Below are positions 1 through 10,897 of a stretch of 64,000 nt of DNA, piece by piece. Source of the DNA: an uncultured Acidobacteriota bacterium (GTDB taxonomy: Bacteria > Acidobacteriota > Thermoanaerobaculia > Multivoradales > UBA5704); NCBI GenBank assembly GCA_963700145.1, contig OY969474.1:736001-800000 (forward strand), in the 5' to 3' direction. The notes beneath the pieces are model-generated. The model ran no database searches. It was not told where the DNA came from and was given only the letters and a program-made list of their open reading frames with translations. Within the stretch, counting starts at the first letter, position 1. Each line of letters begins with the position of its first letter. A program made the position numbers and the translations under genes.

Positions 1-2
1 TC

Positions 3-332
3 CAGCGCAAGGTGCTGGCCGCGCTCGGCTGCTCGCCCAAGGTCGCCTACGCCAAGCCGCAGCACCTCGAGACCTTCAACGACGTGATGGAGGGGGCCCT
101 GCGCCACGCCTCGTCGCGCGTGATCGCCGGCCTCTTCCGCGACTCGTGCCTCGCCGAGCAGGGCCTGGTCGATCGCGACCGCCTGCTCGCGACCTACGCC
201 CAGTACCGCCGCGGCGACCCGACCCACCGCGACAAGATCCTCGCCGCGGTCGTGCTGGAGCTGACGATCCGGTCGGTGGAAAAGGGGCGCGCGTCGCGCC
301 TCGCGCCGCCGCTCAGCGCTGCCGCCAGGTGA
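3..332 (+). CDS. Partial (5'-truncated) CDS; C-terminus resembles asparagine-synthase-like / lasso-cyclase family proteins
   Basis: The frame is open from the window edge. The tail 'LFRDSCLAEQGLVDRDRLLATY...VLELTIRS' resembles the helical C-terminus of Asn-synthase-related enzymes. The catalytic part is outside the window. Confidence 0.35.
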   Translation, partial: QRKVLAALGCSPKVAYAKPQHLETFNDVMEGALRHASSRVIAGLFRDSCLAEQGLVDRDRLLATYAQYRRGDPTHRDKILAAVVLELTIRSVEKGRASRLAPPLSAAAR

Positions 333-906
333 AGACCTTGAGCGGCGGCAGGTTGCGTAGGACGGTGCGCACGTCGGGGGGGCCGAAGAGGGGATCGGCG
401 AACCGCCGCACGTCGCTCACCAGTTGGTAGGCGACGAAGCGGCCGTCCGGCGGCAAGGCGCGGCGCACGGCCTCCAGGGTGCGGCGGCTGATCCGGTCGT
501 CCATCGCCGCGAAGGGGATCCCGGAGACGACGAGGTCCGCCTGCCGCTCGCCGGCGGCGGCGAGGGCGCTGGCGATCTCCTCGGCGTCCCCGGCCCAGAC
601 GGTGAGGCGCGGGTCGCGCAGGGTCTCGCGCAGCCGGCGGACGAAGTGCGGGTTGCGCTCGATGGCGACGAGCCGGCTGCCGGCCGGCATGCGGCGGAGG
701 AGCTCGCGGGTGATCGCGCCGGTGCCGGGGCCGAACTCGACGACCACGCCGGCGCGCTCGGCGGCGCCGGACTCCGCGACCTTCGCCCCCAGCGCCGGCG
801 AGCTCGGCAGCACGGACGCCACCTCTTTCGGCCGCAACAGGAAGCCGCGCAGGAAATCGAAGTGTCCCGGCCTGTCCGCCTGCGGCTGGCGCCCGTTGCC
901 TTTCAT
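313..906 (-). CDS. Class I SAM-dependent methyltransferase, phospholipid N-methyltransferase (PmtA-like)
   Basis: Motifs ASVLPSS, VVEFGPGTGAIT, IERNP, VVSGIPF and RNLPP. ATG at 906 is preceded by a GAGGG RBS. Confidence 0.8.
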   Translation of the reverse strand: MKGNGRQPQADRPGHFDFLRGFLLRPKEVASVLPSSPALGAKVAESGAAERAGVVVEFGPGTGAITRELLRRMPAGSRLVAIERNPHFVRRLRETLRDPRLTVWAGDAEEIASALAAAGERQADLVVSGIPFAAMDDRISRRTLEAVRRALPPDGRFVAYQLVSDVRRFADPLFGPPDVRTVLRNLPPLKVFTWRQR

Positions 907-997
907 CGCACCCTCCCTCGTCGCGCCGGAGGCCGGATGCACCTTGCCTGCCAGCGGTGAGCAGACCCGGCTTTAACCTAGAATCTTTCGTCACGCG

Positions 998-1723
998 ATG
1001 CCCGGTCCCGACACCCTGCCCGACGAGGTCTTGCGGCTGCTCCAGGAGCGGATCGCCCGGTCGCTCGAGGAGCGGCCGCTGGTCCTCGATCCGGTCGCTC
1101 ACCGCGAGCGTGTGGCGGCGCTGGTGGCCCGCCTCGGCTCCGCCTCCTTCTACGAGCTGCTGGGGCTTGACGTCGCCGCCTCGCCCGACGAGGTACACAC
1201 GGCGTACGAGGAGGCGGCGCGGCTGCTCCATCCGCGCCACGCGGCGCGCGTCGGCCTGGGGGAGCGGCAGGGGACCCTCGAGCTGCTCTTCGAGCGCGCC
1301 ACGCGCGCCTACCTCACCCTGAGCCTGCCCGACCGGCGGAAGCGCTACGACCGGGAGATGATGCCGTCGATGGAGGGCGCCGCCGGCGGCACCGGCCCGG
1401 CGACGGCCGCCGCCCGCGCGCGCGAGCAGCAGGAGATGGCGCGCGCCTACTTCGAGCGGGCGCGAGTGCTGGCGGAGGCCGGCGACATCCACTCGGCGAT
1501 CGAGCTGCTGGAGCTGGCGATCCACGCCGAGCGCCGGCCCGAGTACTACCACCTGCTCGGCGACCTGCAGGCCAAGAACCCCTACTGGCTGGAGCAGGCG
1601 GCCCACAGCTATCGCCGCGCGCAAGCCCTCGGCGCCAAGGACCCCGCCCTCACCGCCGCGATCCAGAGCCTCGAGGAGCGGCTGGCGGCGGCGCAGGCCG
1701 AGCCGCCGCCCCCCGCGCGGTAG
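998..1723 (+). CDS. J-domain-like plus TPR protein
   Basis: FYELLGL...AY...LHPR...AYLTLS..RRKRYD J-domain pattern, followed by TPR-like helices. Confidence 0.7.
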   Translation: MPGPDTLPDEVLRLLQERIARSLEERPLVLDPVAHRERVAALVARLGSASFYELLGLDVAASPDEVHTAYEEAARLLHPRHAARVGLGERQGTLELLFERATRAYLTLSLPDRRKRYDREMMPSMEGAAGGTGPATAAARAREQQEMARAYFERARVLAEAGDIHSAIELLELAIHAERRPEYYHLLGDLQAKNPYWLEQAAHSYRRAQALGAKDPALTAAIQSLEERLAAAQAEPPPPAR

Positions 1724-2398
1724 AATCGGCGCCGCCCTCCCCGGGCCCCCCGCATGCTCGACACGCTGCCGCAACAGAAGGCCCTGCCGCACAGCGAGGA
1801 GTCGGAGCGGGCGGTGCTCGCCGCCGTGCTCGTCGACCCGCGGGTGCTGCCCTCGCTCTCCGGGCGCCTGCGCGCGCAGGACTTCTACCTCGAGCGCCAC
1901 CAGCACCTCTACGAGGCGATGCTCGACCTCACCAACCAGGGTGCCGCTATCGACCTCCGCACCCTCCAGGCCAAGCTCGAGCAGCAGGGGCGGATCGCCG
2001 GCGTCGGCGGCATCGCCTACCTCGCCAGCCTCGACCTCGACCTCCCCGACCTCGGGCGCATCGACACCTACGTCGAGATCGTCAAGGAGCGCTCGATCCG
2101 CCGCCGCCTCATCCAGGCCTCCGGCGGCATCATCCGTGACTGCCTCGACGGCGGCCTCGAGGCCAACGCTGCCCTCGACCGCGCCGAGCAGGCGATCCTC
2201 GGCCTCGGCGAGGAAGCCATCCAGCGCGGCTTCGTGCCGCTGGCCCAGGTCTTCCACTCGACGCTCGAGGACCTCGAAGAGCGCCCCGGCACGACCCTCA
2301 TCGGCGTCCCCTCCGGCTTCATCGACTTCGACCAGATCACCCACGGCTTGAACCGCGGCAACCTGATCATCGTCGCGGGGAGGCCGGGGATGGGGAAG

Positions 2399-3865
2399 TG
2401 CCTCAGCGCCGACGCCGAGCTCGTGGAAGCCGACGGCGGCGTGCGCACGATCGCCGAGATCGTCGAGCGCCGGTCGGCGCGGCTGCTGACGCTCGCCGCC
2501 GACCGGCGGTTCGAGTGGACCTCCCCGAGCGCCTTCGTCGACGACGGGATCAAGCCGGTGTTCGAGGTCACCACGCGCTTGGGCCGGCGGGTGAAGGTCA
2601 CGGCGACTCATCCGTTCCTGACGCTGTCGGGGTGGAGACGGCTGGAGGAGCTGACGGTCGGCGAGGCGATCGGCGTGCCGCGCAGGCTGGAAGCTTTCGG
2701 CGGCGAGCCGCTCGGCGAGCACAAGGCCCGGCTCTTGGGCTACCTGCTCGGGGACGGCGGCCTCACCGGCAACGCCGCGCGGTTCACCAACGGCAGCCCG
2801 CTCCTGCGGCAGGACTTCGCAGAGGCGGTGGCGCGGTTCGGCGGCGTGCGGGTGACGGAGGCCGATTCCGGAGGAGCGCGCACCCCGACCCTGACGGTCG
2901 TGGCCGACGAGACCGCCACCGCGGCGGAGCGCACCCGCTTCGCGGAGTCGCTCGACGAGGCGCTCGTGGCCTGCGGGGCCTCGGCGCGCAGCGTCGCCGC
3001 CGCCGCCGGCGTCAGCCCGGCCTCCGTGACCGGCTGGCGCCGCGGCCGCTACGTGCCGGCGGGCGCCGCGGCGACGGCCCTGGAGTCGGTTCTCCCCGTC
3101 CGGGTCCCCACCGGCGCCCGCCACAACGGGCCCAACGCCTTCACCCGCTGGCTCACGGAGTTGGGGTTGATGGGACGTGACGCGCACGAGAAGTTCGTGC
3201 CGGACGTCGTCTTTCGGGCACCGGAGCCGGAGCTCGCCGCGTTCCTGAACCGCCTCTTCGCCACCGACGGCTGGGTCGGCACGTGGCGGAGCGGGCAGGT
3301 GCAGGTGGGGTTCTGCTCGTGCAGCGAACGGCTCGCACGCCAGGTGCAGCACCTGCTGCTTCGGTTCGGCGTGATCGCCAGCCTGCGCCGGCGCGGAGTC
3401 CGCTACCGCGGCGGCATTCGCCATGCCTGGCAGCTCGACATCACCGAGCGCGAGTCGATCCTCGCCTTCCTCACGCGCATCGGGGCCTACGGCAAGGACG
3501 CGCAGGTGCGGCGGGCGCTGGCGGCATTGAGCCGGCGCCGGCGCCATGCAAACCGCGACCTGGTGCCTGCCGAAGTCTGGGAGCTCATCGACCAGGAGCG
3601 GCGCGGAGCGCCCTGGGGGGACCTGGCCCGCCGGCTCGGCCTCGGTCGCGGCTGGAACTTCCATCGCGGCAAGCGTGGCGTGAGTCGGAGTCGCCTGCGC
3701 GCCATCGCCGCGGCGCTCGGCAGCCAGTCCCTGGCGTCGCTCGCGGAAAGCGAGCTCTATTGGGACCGCATCACCGCCATCCGCTACCTGGGAGAGGAGC
3801 AGGTCTACGACCTGACGATCCCCGACACGCACAACTTCGTGGCCAACGACATCTGTGTGCACAAC
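2399..3865 (+). mobile_element. Intein (489 aa) with LAGLIDADG homing endonuclease, inserted in the DnaB P-loop
   Basis: Starts CLSADAEL after GMGK, has block B ATHPF, LLGYLLGDG and FLNRLFATDG, and ends VYDLTI..HNFVANDICVHN followed by Thr(+1). Confidence 0.95.
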
Positions 3866-4547
3866 ACCAGCTTCGCCCTCAACGTCGCCCAGCACGTGGC
3901 GATCCGGGAGAAGCGGACGGTGGGGATCTTCTCGCTCGAGATGAGCCAGCAGGAGCTGGCGCTGCGGGTGCTCTGCTCGGAGGCGGACATCTCGTTCAAG
4001 CGGCTGCGCTCCGGCGACCTGTCGCGCAACCAGTGGACGAAGGTCATCCAGACGGTGCGCGCCACCGCCGAGACGCCGCTCTACATCGACGACTCGCCCA
4101 ACCCGACGCTGCTCGAGATGGCGTCCAAGGCGCGGCGGCTCAAGGCGGAGAAGGGGCTCGAGCTGGCGATCGTCGATTACCTCCAGCTCATGCAGGCCGG
4201 CGGCCGCTACGAGAACCGCAACCTGGAGATCGCCGCCATCAGCCGCGGCTTGAAGCAGCTGGCCAAGGAGCTGGAGATCCCGGTCATGGCGCTGTCGCAG
4301 CTCTCGCGCCAGCCGGAGCGGCGCGGCTCCGACCACCGGCCGCAGCTCGCCGACCTGCGCGAGAGCGGCGCCCTCGAGCAGGACGCCGACCTCGTGGCCT
4401 TCATCTACCGCGACGAGGTGTACAACCCGGAGGACCCCGACAACAAGGGGATCGCCGAGGTGATCATCGCCAAGCACCGGAACGGCCAGACCGGCACCGT
4501 GCAGCTCGTCTTCATCGGCGAGAACACCAGCTTCCGCAACCACTACC

Positions 4548-5791
<1,244 letters not shown>

Positions 5792-5792
<1 letters not shown>

Positions 5793-6565
5793 TGGCGGCG
5801 GTCCACGCTGTACCGGCGCTGCGCCCCGTCGAAGGATTCTTCCTCGAGGTCGGGCGCTTCTTCGTCATGCTCTGGCGGGTGCTGGTGTGGACCGTCCGCC
5901 GCCCCTACGACTGGCGCGAGCTGCTGCGGCAGATGGTGCGGGTGGGCGTCGATTCGGTGCCGGTCGTGCTGCTCACCGCGATGTTCACCGGCATGGTCAT
6001 GGCGCTGCAGATCTTCAGCGTCCTCGAGCGTTTCAACGCCGAGGGGTACGTCGGCTCGATCGTCGGCCTGTCGATGGTGCGCGAGCTCGCGGGCGTGCTC
6101 TCGGCGCTGATCCTCGCCGGCCGCGCCGGCTCGGCGATGGGAGCGGAGCTCGGCAGCATGCGGGTGACCGAGCAGATCGACGCCCTCGAGGTGATGGCCA
6201 CCGACCCGATCCACTACCTCGTCGTGCCGCGGGTCTGGGCCGCGGTCCTGACCCTGCCGCTCCTGGTCGTCCTCGCCGACGCCATCGGCATCTACGGCGG
6301 CTACCTGGTGTCGGTCGTCCTGATGGGCGCCAACCCGGTCGTCTACGCCGAGAACACCTTCCGCTTCATGCAGCTCAACGACTTCACCTCCGGCCTCATC
6401 AAGTCGGCGGTGTTCGGCCTGCTGGTGGCGGTCATCGGCTGCCAGAAGGGCTTCTACACCACCGGCGGCGCCGAGGGGGTGGGGCGCTCGACGACCAACG
6501 CCGTGGTCGTCGCCTCGATCGCCATCCTGATCGCCGACTTCTTCCTCACCAAGCTCCTCTTCTGA
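5792..6565 (+). CDS. mlaE: MlaE-family ABC permease
   Basis: VRELAGVL..LAGRAGSAMGAELGSMRVTEQIDALEVM and GAEGVGRSTT. TGATG coupling to alr. Confidence 0.93.
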
Positions 6566-7341
6566 TGGCCGCCCCCGAGGTCAAGATCCGGATCCGCGGC
6601 CTGCGCAAGTCGTTCGGCCCGAAGGTCGTGCTCGACGGCGTCGACCTCGACGTCCTGGCCGGCGAGTCGACGGTCATCATCGGCGCCTCGGGGAGCGGCA
6701 AGAGCGTGCTCTTGAAGCACGTCATCGGCCTGCTGCGCCCGGACGCCGGGACGGTGGAGGTGGATGGAATCGACCTCCACGCCCTCAACTACCGAGAGAT
6801 CACCGAGTTCCGCCGCCGCTTCGGCATGTCCTTCCAGGAGGGGGCTCTGTTCGACTCGATGACGGTGGGGGACAACGTGGCCTTCCCGTTGAAGCGGCAG
6901 GCGCGCCTGCCGCGCGAGGAGGTCGCCGAGCGGGTGGAGGAGTGCCTGGCGCTGGTGCGTCTCGAAGGGGTGGAGAAGAAGCTGCCGTCGGAGCTCTCCG
7001 GTGGCATGCGGCGCCGGGTCGGCTTCGCGCGCGCGGTGGCGCTGCAGCCCGAGATCCTGCTCTTCGACGAGCCGACGAGCGGCCTCGACCCGGTGACCAC
7101 GGCGCTCATCGACGAGGTCATCGCCGACCTCTCGAACCGCCTGCACTCGACGACGGTGACGATCACCCACGACATGGACAGCGCCTACCGCATCGCCGAC
7201 CGCATCGGCATGCTCCATGCGGGCAAGCTCATCGCCCTCGCCCCGCCGGCCGAGCTGCGCGAGCTGCCCGACCCGCGGGTGCAGCAGTTCATCCGCGGCG
7301 AGGCGCACGGGCCGCTGTCCGACGACGGACCTGGTGCGTAA
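6565..7341 (+). CDS. mlaF: MlaF-family ABC ATPase
   Basis: GASGSGKS, FQEGALFDSM, LSGGMRRRV, FDEPTSGLDP, ITHD. TGATG coupling to mlaE. Confidence 0.92.
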   Translation: MAAPEVKIRIRGLRKSFGPKVVLDGVDLDVLAGESTVIIGASGSGKSVLLKHVIGLLRPDAGTVEVDGIDLHALNYREITEFRRRFGMSFQEGALFDSMTVGDNVAFPLKRQARLPREEVAERVEECLALVRLEGVEKKLPSELSGGMRRRVGFARAVALQPEILLFDEPTSGLDPVTTALIDEVIADLSNRLHSTTVTITHDMDSAYRIADRIGMLHAGKLIALAPPAELRELPDPRVQQFIRGEAHGPLSDDGPGA

Positions 7342-7386
7342 GGCGCGAAGGCGTTCGCGCCGGGCTCTAATATTGAAGGGGACGCG

Positions 7387-8841
7387 ATGGCCAATGCCTT
7401 GAAAGTCGGCATCTTCATGACCGTCTGCCTGGTGGCGCTGGCGGTCTTCATCCTCAAGGTCGAGGACCTGGAGCTCTTCGGCGAGGACCGCGAGCGCCTG
7501 GCGGCGCAGTTCCGCGACGTCGCCGGGCTCGACGACCAGGCGGCGGTGCGGGTGGCCGGCGTGCGCGTCGGGCGGGTGGACGGCATCATCCTCGAAGGGG
7601 GGCAGGCGCGCGTCAGCCTGCTGCTCGACGAGCCGCTCCGGCTCACCGTCGGCACGCGGGCGCGGATCGCCAACATCGGCCTCCTCGGCGACAAGTTCGT
7701 GGAGCTGATCCCGGGCCCCGCCGGCGCGCCGCCCCTGCCCGAGGGGGCGGTCCTCCCCGGCGAGACGCCGGTCACCTTCGACGAGGCGCTCGCCAAGTTC
7801 AACCGCCTCGGCGACTCGATCCAGGGGCTGACCGGCTCGCTCGCCGGCGAGGACCTGGGCGGCGCCATCAGCCGCCTCCTCGCCGACATGCAGGCGACGA
7901 GCACCGAGATCCGCCTCCTGGTCGCCGCCAACCAGGCGCAGATCGGCGCCGCGATCAACAACTTCGCCAGCTTCTCCGGCACCCTCGCCCGCGAGCTGCC
8001 GCGGCTGGCCGGCGACATGGAGCGGGCGGTCACCCAGATCGCCGACCTGGTCGCCGAGAACCGCGACGACGTGGGGAAGAGCGTCGACAACGTGCGCGAC
8101 CTGACGGGGCGCCTCCAGGTCTCGGTCGACAACCTCAACGAGATCACCGGCCGCATCGCGCGCGGCGAGGGGACGCTCGGGAAGCTCCTGACCGACGAGA
8201 CCGCGCACAACGAGCTGGTGGCGACCCTCGACAGCATCCAGGGTGGCGTCGAGAACCTGAGCGGCGCCCTGGGAACGATCCAGAAGTTCCAGATCGACGT
8301 CGGGATGGAGGGGTTCTACCTCCAGGACCTCGAGGAGACGCAGTCCGCCTTCCGCCTCGACATCGGCCCCAAGGACGAGCGGCAAATGTACCGCGTCGGG
8401 ATCGCCAACACGCCGCGCGGCAACACCAAGACGAAGACGCAACGAATCACCGTCACCAACCCGGACGGCACCAGCGAGACGACGACGGTCGAGACCTTCA
8501 CCCGCGAGGACGAGAAGGTCATCTCGGCCCTCTTCGGCTACCGCGCCGCGAACGACCTGCACCTCTGGGGAGGCCTGATCGAAGACAGCGGCGGCGCGCA
8601 GGTCGAGTACCCCCTCTTCGACCGCCGCCTCTGGCTCTCGCTCGAAGCCTTCGACTTCAACCGCGACGACGACCAGGACCCGCACGTCCGCCTCAGCACC
8701 CGCTGGCTCTTCCACCCCAACCTCTACCTGATGGGCGGCTACGACGACTTCCTGGAAGACGACAACTTTTTCCTGGGTGGCGGCATCCGCTGGCGGGACG
8801 ACTACCTCAAGTACTTGCTGGGGAGCGTGCCGATCCGGTAG
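7387..8841 (+). CDS. mlaD: MlaD/MCE-family protein with long helical region and C-terminal beta-rich domain
   Basis: N-terminal TM helix, FRDVAGL...VRVAGVRVGRV, GLLGDKFVEL, GEGTLGKLL. Confidence 0.88.
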   Translation: MANALKVGIFMTVCLVALAVFILKVEDLELFGEDRERLAAQFRDVAGLDDQAAVRVAGVRVGRVDGIILEGGQARVSLLLDEPLRLTVGTRARIANIGLLGDKFVELIPGPAGAPPLPEGAVLPGETPVTFDEALAKFNRLGDSIQGLTGSLAGEDLGGAISRLLADMQATSTEIRLLVAANQAQIGAAINNFASFSGTLARELPRLAGDMERAVTQIADLVAENRDDVGKSVDNVRDLTGRLQVSVDNLNEITGRIARGEGTLGKLLTDETAHNELVATLDSIQGGVENLSGALGTIQKFQIDVGMEGFYLQDLEETQSAFRLDIGPKDERQMYRVGIANTPRGNTKTKTQRITVTNPDGTSETTTVETFTREDEKVISALFGYRAANDLHLWGGLIEDSGGAQVEYPLFDRRLWLSLEAFDFNRDDDQDPHVRLSTRWLFHPNLYLMGGYDDFLEDDNFFLGGGIRWRDDYLKYLLGSVPIR

Positions 8842-9526
8842 GGCGCCTTCCGGAGTACCAGACGAGCGACACGCCGAGGAGAAGCATCCAGAGCGGCAGT
8901 AGAGCGTTGTTGACGTCCGCGACGACTTGCACCGCGGGGACGGCATTCCGCAACGCCCCGACCGCGAAGAGCAGAGCGAACACGGCTCCGCACCAGCCCA
9001 GCCATTTCGGGAACTGCGCTTCGTTCAGCAGCGACAAGCCGGAAAGCAGGAAGAAGATCGCCAGGCACGTTTCGCCCAGGAACTCCCCGATGTAGTTCCC
9101 GAGGTAGAGGTTCAGGCCCGCGAAGACACCTGCAAGGCTGCTCTTGGCTTCAGCGCCTGACTGTGCATAGGCATCCGCCAACGCCCAGTGGACGCTCGGC
9201 CAACGCATCAAGCCCAGACACATCGCCAAGGCGCCGAGGGACGCGAAGACGAGCCCGAGCGTCATGCGACCGCGACTCGACGGGCAGGCGAAATAGGTCC
9301 CCACGGCGCCCGGAACCAGGAGCAACGGCAGAAAGGCGTAGAGCGCCCAAACCGCTCTCATGGTCGAGCCGCCGGCGCGGAGGCGTGGAAGGACCTCGGC
9401 GGCGCTGCCGTCGAGGATGTCAGGGTAGTCGAAGCTCGCGGCCAGATAGCTGAAGACGAGCACGAACGCCAGCGCGCCGACGACGAAGCTCAGGCCCCCG
9501 GCGACGATCATCTTGCGATGTTGCAT
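8807..9526 (-). CDS. Membrane protein, DUF4386-like
   Basis: About six hydrophobic segments; FDYPDIL, GLMRW and LGNYIGEFLG motifs. Confidence 0.6.
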   Translation of the reverse strand: MQHRKMIVAGGLSFVVGALAFVLVFSYLAASFDYPDILDGSAAEVLPRLRAGGSTMRAVWALYAFLPLLLVPGAVGTYFACPSSRGRMTLGLVFASLGALAMCLGLMRWPSVHWALADAYAQSGAEAKSSLAGVFAGLNLYLGNYIGEFLGETCLAIFFLLSGLSLLNEAQFPKWLGWCGAVFALLFAVGALRNAVPAVQVVADVNNALLPLWMLLLGVSLVWYSGRRPTGSARSPAST

Positions 9527-9635
9527 TGGCGTCTCCTTCGCCAGCCGCTCCAGGCGGGTAGCGCCGGCGGCGAGGCCGGAAGCGATGGGCCCAGGGGGTG
9601 GGCGATATACTACGCGTCAGCCGGGAGGCGTTCCT

Positions 9636-9884
9636 GTGGCGAAGCCGACGACCAAAGAGTTGCTCAAGGCGCGAATCGAAAAGCTACCGCCGGAGCATTT
9701 GGAGCTCGTGGATCGGGTGCTCGCGGCATTCGAGGTGCCGGCTCCTCAGAGCGCCCGCGCCTCTGATTCCTCGGCAGGCGAAGCCTGGACCGCCTTCATC
9801 CGGCAGACCTACGGCTCCATGGCAGACGATCCCATCGACCGGCAGCCCGAAGGCCTGCTCGAGGTTCGGGCACCGCTCGAGTGA
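9636..9884 (+). CDS. Small antitoxin-like protein
   Basis: 82 aa with a GGAGG RBS and GTG start. Its stop overlaps (GTGA) a PIN-toxin start. The C-terminus YGSMADDPIDRQPEG is typical of VapB-type partners. Confidence 0.6.
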   Translation: MAKPTTKELLKARIEKLPPEHLELVDRVLAAFEVPAPQSARASDSSAGEAWTAFIRQTYGSMADDPIDRQPEGLLEVRAPLE

Positions 9885-9991
9885 TCTACCTGCTCGACAC
9901 GAACACCTGCATCCGCCACCTGAATGGTCGGTCGGAGAGCATCCGACAGCATCTCGAATCGGACCCGGCTGGGAATCCCCGTATCGCTTGA
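9881..9991 (+). pseudogene. Truncated VapC/PIN toxin
   Basis: Reads MIYLLDTNTCIRHLNGRSESIRQHL, the canonical VapC N-terminus with the first catalytic Asp, then stops after 36 aa. Confidence 0.75.
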
Positions 9992-10085
9992 TGGAGCGGC
10001 TATCTCCGCAGATCCTTCGCTCGGAGTGGTCGGCACCAAAGACCTCTGTCGTTCGTAGTCGGCGATGCCTTCTCACCCTCTCTGG

Positions 10086-10107
10086 GCCCCTTTCGTCAGA
10101 AAGGGGC
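10086..10107. terminator. Stem-loop between convergent genes
   Basis: GCCCCTTTC-GTCA-GAAAGGGGC perfect 9-bp stem, with no clear U-tract. Confidence 0.35.
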
Positions 10108-10202
10108 GTCTCATCAGCCAAGCCTGGGCCAGCTCAAATAGACCTTCCGCACACATCCTCGGCAGAACTGGGAACGCTTCTTTCTCTTCTCAGCGCTTTG
10201 CG

Positions 10203-10799
10203 TCAGCTGCTCTGCCGACGATCGATGGCAAGCCACGCTTGAATGGCATCGAGGTAACTGTTGTCAACCAACCTGATTTGAATATTTCCCTCCGCGATGG
10301 TCAGGAAGCTCCCGGCGAAGCGTGGCAGGTTCATCCATGGAGGAGGTGAGTGACGTGGCCCGTAGCCCCTTGTCTCGAAGGTGCTTGCGCCGTCGATGAA
10401 CGTGATCGTGGCGATACCGTGGACCGCGGCGTAGTCGATAGCGCCTCTCTGAAAGCCTGAGGTCGAGAAGATCATTCCCTTATGAGCCCCTACGTCCTGT
10501 ATTTTGGCATGCAGAGCCAGGATCTTCTCGCGCTCGACAGGTCTGATATAACGCTTGCACTCGACCAACACGACAATGCACGCCCCACCCAAGATACTGA
10601 ACTTGATAACGATATCGAACTCGTACTCGCCCCCTTTACCCTCGAGCTTCTGGAGATGATTCGCTTGGAAACTCTCAAGGTTCCCGGCTGACTGCCTTAG
10701 CCATGCTAGCACCTGCCTCTCATATTCCTCGGGCGTCACTTCAACCGGAACTGTGGGGTTCCATGGAGTTTCTGAACCAGGGTTCCACATGCCTAGCAT
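10203..10799 (-). CDS. Mrr-like PD-(D/E)XK restriction endonuclease domain protein
   Basis: PEEYE, EFDIV..VECKRY, GMIFSTSGFQRGA..YA..HGI. Lower GC than the flanks. The start could be 10799 or 10790. Confidence 0.8.
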   Translation of the reverse strand: MLGMWNPGSETPWNPTVPVEVTPEEYERQVLAWLRQSAGNLESFQANHLQKLEGKGGEYEFDIVIKFSILGGACIVVLVECKRYIRPVEREKILALHAKIQDVGAHKGMIFSTSGFQRGAIDYAAVHGIATITFIDGASTFETRGYGPRHSPPPWMNLPRFAGSFLTIAEGNIQIRLVDNSYLDAIQAWLAIDRRQSS

Positions 10800-10897
10800 C
10801 CAAGGAGTACTTGCCGCTAGACGCTCCAAGCTGAGCGACCGGCGTCAGCCGACTCGCTCTAGCTTTGGTTGGCCAGCTCGCTCAGCCTGTATAGCCC

